Below the pieces are notes generated by a model that worked only from the letters and a program-made list of their open reading frames with translations, did not search any database and was not told where the DNA came from. This document shows, one piece after another, positions 18,620 to 28,522 of a stretch of DNA of 64,000 nucleotides. The number at the start of each line of letters is the position of its first letter. Position 1 is the first letter of the stretch. Origin of the DNA: an uncultured virus (IMG/VR IMGVR_UViG_3300046009_005838) (taxonomy: Duplodnaviria; Heunggongvirae; Uroviricota; Caudoviricetes); IMG/VR virus record IMGVR_UViG_3300046009_005838, one strand, 5' to 3'. A program made the position numbers and the translations under genes.

Positions 18620-19453
18620 TTAAAGGTCGTTTGGATCGAGTTGAGTTGCTGCCTTTTCTATGGTGACAGTTCCCTCTACTCTTGCCTCTTTTTTAGGAGG
18701 CGTGTTTACCGGAATATCCTCAATGGTTTCCGAAATGTTTGTTAACTTATTGAAATCTCGATTGCCATTTTCTGTGTCGATCAGGCTCATTGCGTGGTCA
18801 AGTCTTTCTGACTTTGGCAAGAACTTGTAATGAGAGCGAACAACAGTCTTGATACACATTTCAGCGAACCATGCTTTCCATACAGTATCGGTTGTTGCCT
18901 TTCCTGCACGTTTCATGATCTCTTCCAAGTCAAGGATATGAGCATGTGTTCTTCCGTCTGGAAATTGAGCAACAGAATAGCAGTAAACAATCTTTGCATC
19001 AACAATTCTAGGCATAGCCCTCTTTGATCTTACAAATCCGCCAACTCCTTCTTGGTAGTTATCAATTTCTTTGTCGCAGTCGTAAACAGCACCACAAGAA
19101 ACTAACACTCCAGAGTCTTGAAACATAAGTTCAATCAAACCTTTGTAGTCAACAACCAAGGTGCATATATCTCCGCGAGGAACTAGGTGAGCAAGTTGTT
19201 TAATCGGATCCAATGTCAACCCACTCATAGCAACATTTGAAACAGCAGTGTAAATTGATTCAGGCTTGCAATCCATAATCTTTGGATTCTTCTGAACAGC
19301 CATCATTGCATAGCTTTTCTCCCGACTAAAAATCTTCTCAGCATCCTTGTTGTACATCTGAACAAATGCCTCATTTGCTCTCTGAATTTCAGTATTGAAT
19401 GTTTCTCTCTTAGCAAGCTGCAGTTGTTGAGAAACGCTTAAATTTTCGCTCAT
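18620..19453 (-). CDS. recT: RecT-family ssDNA annealing protein
   Basis: 'SIYTAVSNVAMSGLTLDP...AHLVP...DYKGLIEL...W..WFAEMCIKTVVR'. Confidence 0.85.
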   Translation of the reverse strand: MSENLSVSQQLQLAKRETFNTEIQRANEAFVQMYNKDAEKIFSREKSYAMMAVQKNPKIMDCKPESIYTAVSNVAMSGLTLDPIKQLAHLVPRGDICTLVVDYKGLIELMFQDSGVLVSCGAVYDCDKEIDNYQEGVGGFVRSKRAMPRIVDAKIVYCYSVAQFPDGRTHAHILDLEEIMKRAGKATTDTVWKAWFAEMCIKTVVRSHYKFLPKSERLDHAMSLIDTENGNRDFNKLTNISETIEDIPVNTPPKKEARVEGTVTIEKAATQLDPNDL

Positions 19454-20412
19454 AGCATTTTGTTTAATTGTTTATTCCAAGGTGCAGGCGTAGGTCGAAA
19501 GATTCCGTTAGCATCATCAGAGTAATGAGAAATTCCTTTGTATTGCTTCGTGTTAATTGCATCCTTGTGCAAAGTAAGGCACGAGTAGAATTTGTCGATT
19601 GCAGTTGATAAATAGTTCTCAGCGGAAACGATCATCCAATCGTGAGGATATTTCTTTTCTTGGACCAGCCAATAGAAGTCAATCTGTGCTTCACCAAGCT
19701 CATTGAGAAACCCATTCTGTTTCATCCACTCCGCTTTTACGGAAACATACATACCGGCAGAAATATCGTAGTGCAACTTCTCAATGCGCCCTTTGAAATC
19801 TGACAAAGGAAAGTCGATTGATTTGTAATCAAGAATAAAACTCCTACCATCCCGTGTGCAACCACCGTCCAAATCAGGACGAATTCTTAGGTTTAATCCT
19901 TCAAAGAAATTGGGAGCAAAGTAACTCACCTCGGGAAGCCCACGAACAAACATCTTTTGAAAGAACTCATACGACTTAAATAAGTGTGATGATTCTTGGT
20001 CGAAGATATTGCCAAGCATTGCAACGCAAGCATCTTTGTCGTGTTCGGCAATCATTACTTTGCCAGGATTCTCTGAGTGAGCAATTCCTTTCGCTTCTTG
20101 TTGAGCTTTCGTATCAGCACCATAAGGCTGTCCTGTCTTTTCATTGATCGCTGGTTGGAAAACGTGGTAGAAATTCTCCCATGCTTCACCGTGCTCATGT
20201 CTTGCAGCAATCATATCATGCCACAATGAGCCGAAGTCAAAATGATACTTGTGAACTCTTTCCGCTTGGGAAGAAGCAAGAAAAGCCATCTGAGATTCAC
20301 CGTAGTTCTTCAAAGAAGTCGATGAAATGAAGTCTGGGTAATCATGGTGGTAGTCAGCATTTGCCAACCCATGCACCACTTGTATCTCAGTATTCTCCAT
20401 CGTCATCTTCAT
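19450..20412 (-). CDS. RecE/exonuclease VIII-like PD-(D/E)XK nuclease (DUF3799-like)
   Basis: 'NADYH...ISSTSLK...FGSLWH...PEVSYF...RIRPD...ILDYKS...YDISAGMY'; next to recT. Confidence 0.8.
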   Translation of the reverse strand: MKMTMENTEIQVVHGLANADYHHDYPDFISSTSLKNYGESQMAFLASSQAERVHKYHFDFGSLWHDMIAARHEHGEAWENFYHVFQPAINEKTGQPYGADTKAQQEAKGIAHSENPGKVMIAEHDKDACVAMLGNIFDQESSHLFKSYEFFQKMFVRGLPEVSYFAPNFFEGLNLRIRPDLDGGCTRDGRSFILDYKSIDFPLSDFKGRIEKLHYDISAGMYVSVKAEWMKQNGFLNELGEAQIDFYWLVQEKKYPHDWMIVSAENYLSTAIDKFYSCLTLHKDAINTKQYKGISHYSDDANGIFRPTPAPWNKQLNKML

Positions 20413-20818
20413 CTACATCGTAAACCCTTGTTGACGGCTTTTGAGGCTCAGGTTTCTGAGAAGCACTTGGCGCTGACATTCCGACATCAACTATCGCATT
20501 AGAATTCAAAGATTTCTTTTTAAGAAGCCTTCTGTATTCATCAGCAGTCATGTTGGTTGTCTTGTAAACATCTTTCTTCCATCCTTCAATCGGATAGTCG
20601 GTCATCAAGATTGCTTCGCATCCACGTTTGTAGATTTCATTCTTGACATCGTTAAGACTTGGCTTGTATCCAATTTTAGTCTTTCTCCATTCCATCACTC
20701 GCATCTCAAAAATCTGCTTAATGACGTTAATGGTCTTGACTTGAATTCTTGCCGTGTCCTGAATGCCAATTTCTCTTTGCTCTATTCGTAGAGCATCTGT
20801 TGGTCGTTTCTTAGCCAT
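20387..20818 (-). CDS. hypothetical protein, first gene of the replication operon
   Basis: 143-aa ORF after an AT-rich intergenic region containing the promoter-like TATTATTG. Confidence 0.7.
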   Translation of the reverse strand: MAKKRPTDALRIEQREIGIQDTARIQVKTINVIKQIFEMRVMEWRKTKIGYKPSLNDVKNEIYKRGCEAILMTDYPIEGWKKDVYKTTNMTADEYRRLLKKKSLNSNAIVDVGMSAPSASQKPEPQKPSTRVYDVDEDDDGEY

Positions 20819-20911
20819 GTGTTATTTAATTGGACTGCAATAATACAATCAAAAATAATAGCCTCCAAATTGTGCTTTCACTTTTTGTAAATATTTACTA
20901 TAATAGACTAT

Positions 20912-21463
20912 CTACAAGTCATTTAGAATTGCTAAAATATCTTCCGCACGAGGATAAAGCCCATTAACTAACGATCCTCTGTATGCTGTTTTAGTTTTGA
21001 AACCAATCGTGGTGGCATTATATCCATTTCGATTTACCGTTTCAATCCAAGTAATTAATCTACCACCGCCTCCAAGATATTGCTGAACATTGATTGCCGT
21101 ATCAGCTAAGAAAAGATCAAAGTTGTTTTGAGTTAACGATCCTAAAATCCTCAATGAATCCATATAGGAATTCATTTGATTTACATTGTGCTGCCTTTTC
21201 ATAAAGTCAATTGATTCTTGAACAACCGGAATCGTCCAATTTCTTATTAACCTCAGTTCTGCAATGGCAGCATCGGAGTCTAGGTAAACATTTCCATTTA
21301 TTGATAATTCTCCCACAACAAATCCAATGAATTGACCATCAAGTTCAATGTGAAAAAACTGATCGTCAACTTTCTCAACGTAGCCTTTTTCAAAGGTATC
21401 AGTTGGAGTTCTTTCAATGCCATCCTGAGTGAACAATGTAGGCGTTACGATCAAGTCTATCAT
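20912..21463 (-). CDS. hypothetical protein downstream of the tail fibre (possible chaperone)
   Basis: Position only. Confidence 0.55.
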   Translation of the reverse strand: MIDLIVTPTLFTQDGIERTPTDTFEKGYVEKVDDQFFHIELDGQFIGFVVGELSINGNVYLDSDAAIAELRLIRNWTIPVVQESIDFMKRQHNVNQMNSYMDSLRILGSLTQNNFDLFLADTAINVQQYLGGGGRLITWIETVNRNGYNATTIGFKTKTAYRGSLVNGLYPRAEDILAILNDL

Positions 21464-23916
21464 AATCTTTCTATCCTTAGAAATTCAGCTACCGTTATAT
21501 CTGCTAGCGCCCCATTTTGTAAAGCAACAAAATAATATTGATCGACAGTATGGTTGATTGCTATTAAACTTGTGGCCACCGTTGTGACAGCATTGTCTGT
21601 AAATGCAGCCACAGATGTAGGCCAAACTTCTGTATTTAATACATTGTTTTTAATAAACAATTCTCTTTCAGATTGTAAAAATCTAGTTGTTGCTGTTGTT
21701 GCCACTTGAGCTAGCAATGTTGCTCCTGACAATGAATTTGTCGTATTTACATATAATCTAGTTGTTGTGACGGCAGAACCTCCCGTTTTTGAAACTCTAT
21801 ACTTAATTCTTAAAGTATCGTTGGTTGTATTGGTTCCAGCAGGCACTAAGCCTGATAAAGATATTGTGTTTGCTGTACTAGCAGTTATAGGAGTTCCGTT
21901 TACAATTCTTAATATTACAGCATAATTACCTGAAGGAAAACTATAAAAACCTTTAGTTCCTGCTAAATCAGTTCCATAGTATTTTTGGTTTCCAGGACTT
22001 GCAGCATCCCCATCAAGCTCAACATTGTTAGTTAAAATTTTAACTGACTTTGTAGTTGTTAAAGCATTTTGTTTTCCATTAAAGACAGTCCAATCAGCAC
22101 TACTCAACGCGCCTCTATTAGTTGCCGATGCAGTTGGTAGGTTGAAAGTCTGAGTATTGGCGCTTGATACTATGTTAAAATCAGTTCCGCTTGTACCTTC
22201 AATAAGTGTTTGAACTGATCCTGTCTGAATAAATCCTGCTTTTCCTAGTCCAGTAATCCCCGTTCCTGCTAATATACCAGCTTGTTGTGTAACAGTGAAT
22301 AGTGTTGAAGCTGTAGATGGGTGGTTGACTGTTGCTGTTAGGAATTTAATAGATACATTAGCTACATTAGATGTTGACCAAACAATTTGATAAAAATCAC
22401 CTGCAACAATATCAAGTAAAAAGTTCCATGTTACTATAACGTGACCAGGAGTTCCACCTCCACCTCCATGTGTCTTAGGAATACTAATAAGACCTGTTGA
22501 GCCAAGAACGTCTGCTGCACTTGTTGTTCCATTTTTTCTTAACCATATATAAACATCTTGTTCTGCGTTGTCAGTGTTCTGAAACTGCGTAGAGAATTGA
22601 AGGTTGTAAATTCCTGTATTAGCAAATGTAATCTTAGTTAATGCCGTTCCGTCTGTAACTACCGTGATTCCATTTGATAAATCAAGAGTTTCAAATATCA
22701 TTGCCTTTCCTACATTGGCTGTAGTTGCAGACTGGGTGACGTAAGAAAAATACTGACCATAATAACCCGTTGCAGGAGGCGTTGTATTACTACCCCATTT
22801 AAGCCCTGTGGCTGTTGCGCTATCTGCTAGAAGGACTTGTGTATCTAATCCTACAGGAAGCCTTGTATTAGCAGTGTCGAATGTATATAGATCACCCTTT
22901 GTTGTTAGTGGAGATGCCCCACTTGCATTTAGAGTAGTACCCGTTAATGAAAGTCCTGTACCTAATGTAATTTCTTCCATTACACCTGCCCCTAAACTTC
23001 CTCTGCCAACAAGTTTATTGGTATTCATTAAGGTAGTTATAGTTCCAGAAGTTGTTATAGTACCACCGCTAATTAAACCTGCTGTGGCTACAGAAGTTAC
23101 CGTACCAGTTCCCGAAGGAGCAGGAGTGACAAAGACTTTGCCTTGATTGTCAACATTCAATAAACCAACTGACGCTCCAGAAACTCCTGAGAAAGCCGTT
23201 GCGCTGTTGTATAAGTGCATTCTCAGTTGTCCGCTGTCATTAAACAACAAAGTGTCCCCAACAGTTCCTTTTATTTTAAATGGAATAGATAATGAATCCC
23301 TAGATTCAATAAACAAACCTGTCCCTGGAATGGTAGGAGGACCAAATGCGTTTTCTGTTGCATAAACTTTTAAGCTAATTGCCCCATGAGCATCGAACGA
23401 TCCCAATATAGAATTACCACTAGGATCGTATGTCGTTAGTAAATTAAATCCTGTAAAACTATAAATACCAGATGAAGTTGGTAGATAATTAGGAGCATCA
23501 AATCTTATAGAGTTGCTAGAAGTTGTAAATCCCGCTGTAATTGTTGTAGGCGTAATAATATCTCCACCTAAACGAAAGTTATTTGCTGTAGGAACACCTA
23601 AAGTAATACCATTATCAGAAGTGTATGTTCCTCCTCCACCACCAGTTGAAGTAAATGTAATGTTACCTAGACCATCATTAACAATAGTCATATTGGTACC
23701 AGGCACTAAGTTTAGTAGTGTTTGGACCGGATTGGTTACACCGTTTGTTTTAAGCAATACCCCACTTCCAGACGGCAATGTTGACGCAAGAATCCTTTTT
23801 AAATCTCTCCAAGTTACCCAAAATGGCTTCGATATATCCGATCCAATGTAGAAAGGAATTAGATCAGCGTCATTTATTGGTAACGCCCTAAAGTCTAAAG
23901 GGCTTGGCTTTCCCAT
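21460..23916 (-). CDS. tail fibre / receptor-binding protein
   Basis: Gly/Thr-rich repeats ('GTVTSVATAG', 'LTTKGDLYTF...RLPVG...LADS...TGLKW') and a C1q-like 'GIYNLQFSTQF' module. Confidence 0.75.
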   Translation of the reverse strand: MGKPSPLDFRALPINDADLIPFYIGSDISKPFWVTWRDLKRILASTLPSGSGVLLKTNGVTNPVQTLLNLVPGTNMTIVNDGLGNITFTSTGGGGGTYTSDNGITLGVPTANNFRLGGDIITPTTITAGFTTSSNSIRFDAPNYLPTSSGIYSFTGFNLLTTYDPSGNSILGSFDAHGAISLKVYATENAFGPPTIPGTGLFIESRDSLSIPFKIKGTVGDTLLFNDSGQLRMHLYNSATAFSGVSGASVGLLNVDNQGKVFVTPAPSGTGTVTSVATAGLISGGTITTSGTITTLMNTNKLVGRGSLGAGVMEEITLGTGLSLTGTTLNASGASPLTTKGDLYTFDTANTRLPVGLDTQVLLADSATATGLKWGSNTTPPATGYYGQYFSYVTQSATTANVGKAMIFETLDLSNGITVVTDGTALTKITFANTGIYNLQFSTQFQNTDNAEQDVYIWLRKNGTTSAADVLGSTGLISIPKTHGGGGGTPGHVIVTWNFLLDIVAGDFYQIVWSTSNVANVSIKFLTATVNHPSTASTLFTVTQQAGILAGTGITGLGKAGFIQTGSVQTLIEGTSGTDFNIVSSANTQTFNLPTASATNRGALSSADWTVFNGKQNALTTTKSVKILTNNVELDGDAASPGNQKYYGTDLAGTKGFYSFPSGNYAVILRIVNGTPITASTANTISLSGLVPAGTNTTNDTLRIKYRVSKTGGSAVTTTRLYVNTTNSLSGATLLAQVATTATTRFLQSERELFIKNNVLNTEVWPTSVAAFTDNAVTTVATSLIAINHTVDQYYFVALQNGALADITVAEFLRIERL

Positions 23917-23960
23917 TTATTTCGTTTGACCGATTTCTGTTGCTGCTGATGTGGAGCGCA

Positions 23961-24506
23961 TTAGATGATTACATATTGAAAAGTAACGTAAGAATTAAAG
24001 TTGTTTTGAGCAACAGTTACTGCATTTATGCTACCTAAGTTTAAAGAATCATTTGCACTAACAGTAACCCAAGTATCACCATCAGCAACATCTTTTGATA
24101 TGCTACCAATTAAATCAGAAGGAGCATTGAAATTGGATGCAATTGGTAAGCTAAAATTAAAAGTAACACTTGTTTCACCGTCAAACAAAATCTCAAAGTA
24201 AAAAGAACAAGTAACAACATTGCCTACCTTTTGATAAATCATATCTGATACAGTTGGAACTGTAACTGCACTTGGTGTTATACTTGATATTGTTGGAGTA
24301 AATGTTCCACTCGGTAAGGACAAATCAGGTGCACTCGGATCGGTGTTATCAATGATGATACTACCATCAACAGAAGTCACTTCTGTAATACCAGAACCAG
24401 GAGGCGTGTCTGCAAGAGTTGTCAGAATAGCCACCATACGATTCCTCAACTCTTCAAAAGAGGTGGCACTCATCAAAGTGTTTATGTTCGTCTGTAAGGC
24501 GCTCAT
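23961..24506 (-). CDS. putative fibre/virion protein
   Basis: 'GTFTPT...YQKVGNVVTCS...FSLPIAS', a beta-rich fibre-tip-like domain. Confidence 0.55.
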   Translation of the reverse strand: MSALQTNINTLMSATSFEELRNRMVAILTTLADTPPGSGITEVTSVDGSIIIDNTDPSAPDLSLPSGTFTPTISSITPSAVTVPTVSDMIYQKVGNVVTCSFYFEILFDGETSVTFNFSLPIASNFNAPSDLIGSISKDVADGDTWVTVSANDSLNLGSINAVTVAQNNFNSYVTFQYVII

Positions 24507-24509
24507 GGG

Positions 24510-24917
24510 TTACTTTTTATATTGTTCCGAAGCCTTCTTATTTGCTTCACTTTTTTTGTTTAGAACTTCTGCTTTTGCACGAAGAACCGCTGCTCTAGTA
24601 GGGCGTTTTTCTTCAATGCGATTGGCTCTGTTCATTTTTTTATTAGCAAGGTTCGCTTGCTTTTCAGAAAGGTTCGCCAACTTCTCTGGTTTTGGTGCCT
24701 TTCTATTTGCAAGGATAGCGGCTCCTGCGGTTGTAACTAGTCCAGACAAGGCGGCAATAGCTGGTCCTTGTGCTAATCTTTGGCCCACAGACGGACTTTC
24801 GCTACTTTGAAATAAATTATTTTTCTTCTTTTTTCCTTTCGGATCATCTTCGTATTTTTTCATTGTCGGCTTCGTAGTATTACCTGTAGCCTTCATTCCT
24901 TTAGGTGATGTTTTCAT
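24510..24917 (-). CDS. Lys-rich basic protein
   Basis: 135 aa, very Lys-rich, with one hydrophobic segment. Confidence 0.6.
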   Translation of the reverse strand: MKTSPKGMKATGNTTKPTMKKYEDDPKGKKKKNNLFQSSESPSVGQRLAQGPAIAALSGLVTTAGAAILANRKAPKPEKLANLSEKQANLANKKMNRANRIEEKRPTRAAVLRAKAEVLNKKSEANKKASEQYKK

Positions 24918-24929
24918 GGTTTTTGTTTT

Positions 24930-26090
24930 TTAGTTGTACTCGAAAAAGAACCGATACTTAACGCCCACAGCAGCTTGTTCCGCTTGTAGATTTCCAGAAA
25001 GTTGAAGCGACATATAATCATCGCAAGGAACTGTTGTTGGCCCAAATGTATATGTCCCAACACCGATATACTTATCACCTACAATAGACGTTTGCCCTAG
25101 AGATAGTGGATCAGGGAAAATGTAATCAACTCCTATTGTAAATATCTTATAACACGTACCATCATCTCCAACATTTGCAGTTAATCCAGGAGGCGGGACT
25201 GTACCCGAAACCACTTGATCTAAATCTGCATACAAATATGTAAAAGCTGAACCAGGATAACAAGCAAGCCAATTAGCTTCAACTGTCGGATCAGATCCTA
25301 ATACATATTTATTTATCCCCCAAGCACCCGATATTGAAAACTTAGGCAACTCCCCAGCTCCGACATCAGAACTTATGTTTGTATATACTTTTATCTTAGT
25401 TATTGCGTTCCAATTATTTCCAACTCCTATTGGTTTAAAGAGTGCGGTAAATCCTGAATTTATTTGATACGCGTACCCATTAGTGGATATTGGCGTACTA
25501 ATAGATGGAGAGTACCACACATCTCCAGTTCCATAAGTGGGACTTTCAGAAACAGTGCTAAGGCCTGTTTCTATGCCAAGTATTACACTACCAGATGTTG
25601 TTGTTGTTCCTGTAATATCACCCGAATCGTATTGAGCTGTAGCTGGAGGCGACCATACCCAAGCACCTGGAAGTGGATTATCTACGCAGATAAAGTCGTA
25701 AACCTTTCCGTCTGGAGGAATAATTGCAGGAGCGCCAACAGCCCCGTTATTAATTCTTCCTGCCACGCCCTCGTTATAATCAGGAAATAAAAATATCTGC
25801 ATTAACGAGTTATTCACAACAGTAACTCTCTTTCCTGTTGTTGGAATTGGCAAGCGGCAAGCATAGTCTGTTGGTGTTGCCGTAATGACAATATTCACTC
25901 CATACTCCAACACTAACGTAGTGTCCTCCATAGTGGTATCATTCGCCACTAAGCCATCGAACACCTGAGTCTGACCAGCCGATGCGAAGTCCAGCATTGC
26001 ACTAAGAAGAGGATTCATCTTAGTTGCCGGATAACTAGCGTTGGTTTGTATCTCGTTAATTAATTCTTGGATTTCCGCTTGTGTAGCCAT
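24930..26090 (-). CDS. putative fibre/virion protein
   Basis: 386 aa, beta-rich, in the tail-fibre cluster. Confidence 0.55.
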   Translation of the reverse strand: MATQAEIQELINEIQTNASYPATKMNPLLSAMLDFASAGQTQVFDGLVANDTTMEDTTLVLEYGVNIVITATPTDYACRLPIPTTGKRVTVVNNSLMQIFLFPDYNEGVAGRINNGAVGAPAIIPPDGKVYDFICVDNPLPGAWVWSPPATAQYDSGDITGTTTTSGSVILGIETGLSTVSESPTYGTGDVWYSPSISTPISTNGYAYQINSGFTALFKPIGVGNNWNAITKIKVYTNISSDVGAGELPKFSISGAWGINKYVLGSDPTVEANWLACYPGSAFTYLYADLDQVVSGTVPPPGLTANVGDDGTCYKIFTIGVDYIFPDPLSLGQTSIVGDKYIGVGTYTFGPTTVPCDDYMSLQLSGNLQAEQAAVGVKYRFFFEYN

Positions 26091-26434
26091 TATGCAAAGT
26101 CTTGTGGGTTAAAATCGTAAGGGTTAAAATCCCTTGTTACATTCAAATAAGTTTCAGGCAAATCTTCCAAGACCAAAGTAATGCAAAGTTCTGACATGAG
26201 TTTAATGCATATCTCTCGAACCTGATCTAAGGTCAAACAGTTATTCGGATCCCAAGGAATGTAATTAAACACCACATTCCACATTGAGTTTATCCTATAA
26301 AACCTTTCTTCTTCCTTTAATTGCTCATTGTTGTTCAATCCATCAGCAACCAACAAAAGGTATTTCCCCCATTGGCAACTGATCTGATTCAAACAGATCA
26401 ACGAAAAAGATTCTATTTGACCGCGAGTTAGCAT
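26090..26434 (-). CDS. hypothetical virion protein
   Basis: 114 aa ending 'DFNPYDFNPQDFA'. Confidence 0.6.
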   Translation of the reverse strand: MLTRGQIESFSLICLNQISCQWGKYLLLVADGLNNNEQLKEEERFYRINSMWNVVFNYIPWDPNNCLTLDQVREICIKLMSELCITLVLEDLPETYLNVTRDFNPYDFNPQDFA

Positions 26435-27669
26435 TATGGAGCTGGTCTAAGGGCTAAAAACAATTTCATTCTAAGCGATCTTGTTCCCGTTATTGGATTT
26501 CCTGTTTTAGTATAAAACTCAATTTGAGTTCCAATAGCAGTTGCTCCACTTACAGGAGCGACAGGGAAAAATTGATGAGTGTAATCAGTTGAAGGAGTTG
26601 CGGCCAATGCTCCGGTAAACGAAGCAATGTCATCGCCAGAGCCAGTGTATCTAATGCCAATATCTGTATTGGTCGCATAAGCAACACCACCGCTTACCAT
26701 ATAGAACAATGCCCCAAGAAAAACTGGGTAGCCAGCTCCAGGAGTTGTCGATGTATCGGCAATTACAACAGGAGTCGCAAACGATGTTAATATAGCAGCA
26801 GAGTTAATCTCTACATCAAGAACAATAGGACTCCATAACTGAGTCGATCCTGAGAAGTTGTCAGCCTCTAAGAAAGAAAAGCCTAGTGCATTTGATCTGC
26901 GAATAAGTAGTTGTCCATTACTTGCAGCTACAACAGCCTTTGGAATATCAGTCGCATTAGTATCGTTAGCAAGTACGCTCAATGCCGCAATCGAAGGAAA
27001 CTGAGTAATCGCAAGAGCCTTATTGATATAAACCGATCTCCAAACATTTGCAGTAGCATCAAAGGTTGCAATAACCATTGCGCCACCAGCTAAAGCATCA
27101 GCAGCAAGAATTGTTTGCGTGAAAACCGTGAAAGCATTTGCCCCGATGGTCGTGCCACTTGCAATCTCAATAAAGAACTGAGTGCCATCTTTTACGCCAG
27201 CAGTATTTGCCGTCACGTTATAGGCAGCAACCAAAGTTGTTGGTGCGCCCGAAAGTCGTTGGTAGTATTTGCTTACCCCAGCAGTCAAGGTTAATGTTCC
27301 CGAAGTAGGAACTGTAACAGATTCAACGCCAAAATAAACTTGTGGCTGATCTAACCCGTCAGCAAAGTATTGCACCGTCCAAGCCGTTCCGTCAAAAAAG
27401 CAACTGAATCTTCCGCTTTGATTAACGTCAGACTGATTCATCGAGAAACCTTCAATGGTAACAGCAAAAGCTCCCAAAATAAAGTCACCATCCCAAAGGA
27501 TTTCATATTGCGCTTGTTGCCCTGCAACGGTTGTTGAGGCGAAGACAATGTTTGCCGCTAAAGCAACGGTTCCCGTAGATGTTATTCTAAAGTTTCCGCA
27601 TTGACCGAAGCCAACTGAGGCATTTATCGTCGCTCCAGCAGAAGTAATATTTTGTGTTACAAAACTCAT
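26434..27669 (-). CDS. putative tail fibre/spike protein
   Basis: 411 aa, Thr/Ala/Gly beta-rich, with an internally duplicated-looking N-terminal module. Confidence 0.6.
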   Translation of the reverse strand: MSFVTQNITSAGATINASVGFGQCGNFRITSTGTVALAANIVFASTTVAGQQAQYEILWDGDFILGAFAVTIEGFSMNQSDVNQSGRFSCFFDGTAWTVQYFADGLDQPQVYFGVESVTVPTSGTLTLTAGVSKYYQRLSGAPTTLVAAYNVTANTAGVKDGTQFFIEIASGTTIGANAFTVFTQTILAADALAGGAMVIATFDATANVWRSVYINKALAITQFPSIAALSVLANDTNATDIPKAVVAASNGQLLIRRSNALGFSFLEADNFSGSTQLWSPIVLDVEINSAAILTSFATPVVIADTSTTPGAGYPVFLGALFYMVSGGVAYATNTDIGIRYTGSGDDIASFTGALAATPSTDYTHQFFPVAPVSGATAIGTQIEFYTKTGNPITGTRSLRMKLFLALRPAP

Positions 27670-28511
27670 ATTGAAACAATTTTATCAACTGTAAATGAAC
27701 GCAACTCAGTACCTAAATCTGGCTGGTAAACACTTAAAATAAGTTGGTTAGGTGCTGTAAAGTTTAATCCACTCATTGAAACTGAATATGAAACAGATGG
27801 ATTGTCCAAGTTAAAATCACCAGTAACCCTAGACATTGCAGTGTTTGAAGATGTTTTAATGATCTCAACACGTAAGAGATATTCAAGCAGATTTTGAGAT
27901 GTTAAATAAGGCTCAAATGGAAGAGGAGATCCGACAGTCGCTGATTGCCCTCCAAAAAAAATTCTTCTTGCCGTACTAAAAGAATCAGTAACAGGAGTTG
28001 TTCTAACTACTCTAGCTTCAATAACCAATGAATCTCCATCATTAAATAATGTGTCAGCAGGTACAGAATACAATGCCAATGCTTGCCAAGTATTTATTAT
28101 ACTAGCTGCCTCAGTCGTCAATAACTTATACAACCTTGCAGTTCCATTCACCCCATTACTTCCAGCAGTCCCTTGTGGACCAATCAACCCAGCAGGAGAA
28201 ATGTAGCCACCCGAACCAATTGTAGTTGGTGAGTTTGTATTACCAGGGTATCCAAGGTTAAACAATGTCAACTGATTTGTGCCAACGATCGCTGTAACCG
28301 TAAAATACCCAGCACCTTCCACAAATACAACTTGCCCTACAACAGCCCATCGGTTGCCAAATTGACCAGCATTAGAAACTGTTACAGTTACCGTTGCAGA
28401 AATAGCAGGCATCGTAAATGATTCCACCAAAAAAGTGTAGGCATTCTTTCCTGGAGCGCCTGGTGTCGAACTCGGTATTTTAGGCTGACAAGTAGATGAA
28501 CATCCTGACAT
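27666..28511 (-). CDS. putative tail fibre protein with short collagen-like stretches (start revised to ATG 28511)
   Basis: 'MSGCSSTCQP...PGAPGKNAY...GLIGPQGTAGSNGVNG'; the upstream in-frame extension overlaps the previous gene. Confidence 0.6.
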   Translation of the reverse strand: MSGCSSTCQPKIPSSTPGAPGKNAYTFLVESFTMPAISATVTVTVSNAGQFGNRWAVVGQVVFVEGAGYFTVTAIVGTNQLTLFNLGYPGNTNSPTTIGSGGYISPAGLIGPQGTAGSNGVNGTARLYKLLTTEAASIINTWQALALYSVPADTLFNDGDSLVIEARVVRTTPVTDSFSTARRIFFGGQSATVGSPLPFEPYLTSQNLLEYLLRVEIIKTSSNTAMSRVTGDFNLDNPSVSYSVSMSGLNFTAPNQLILSVYQPDLGTELRSFTVDKIVSI

Positions 28512-28522
28512 GGCTCTTATAT

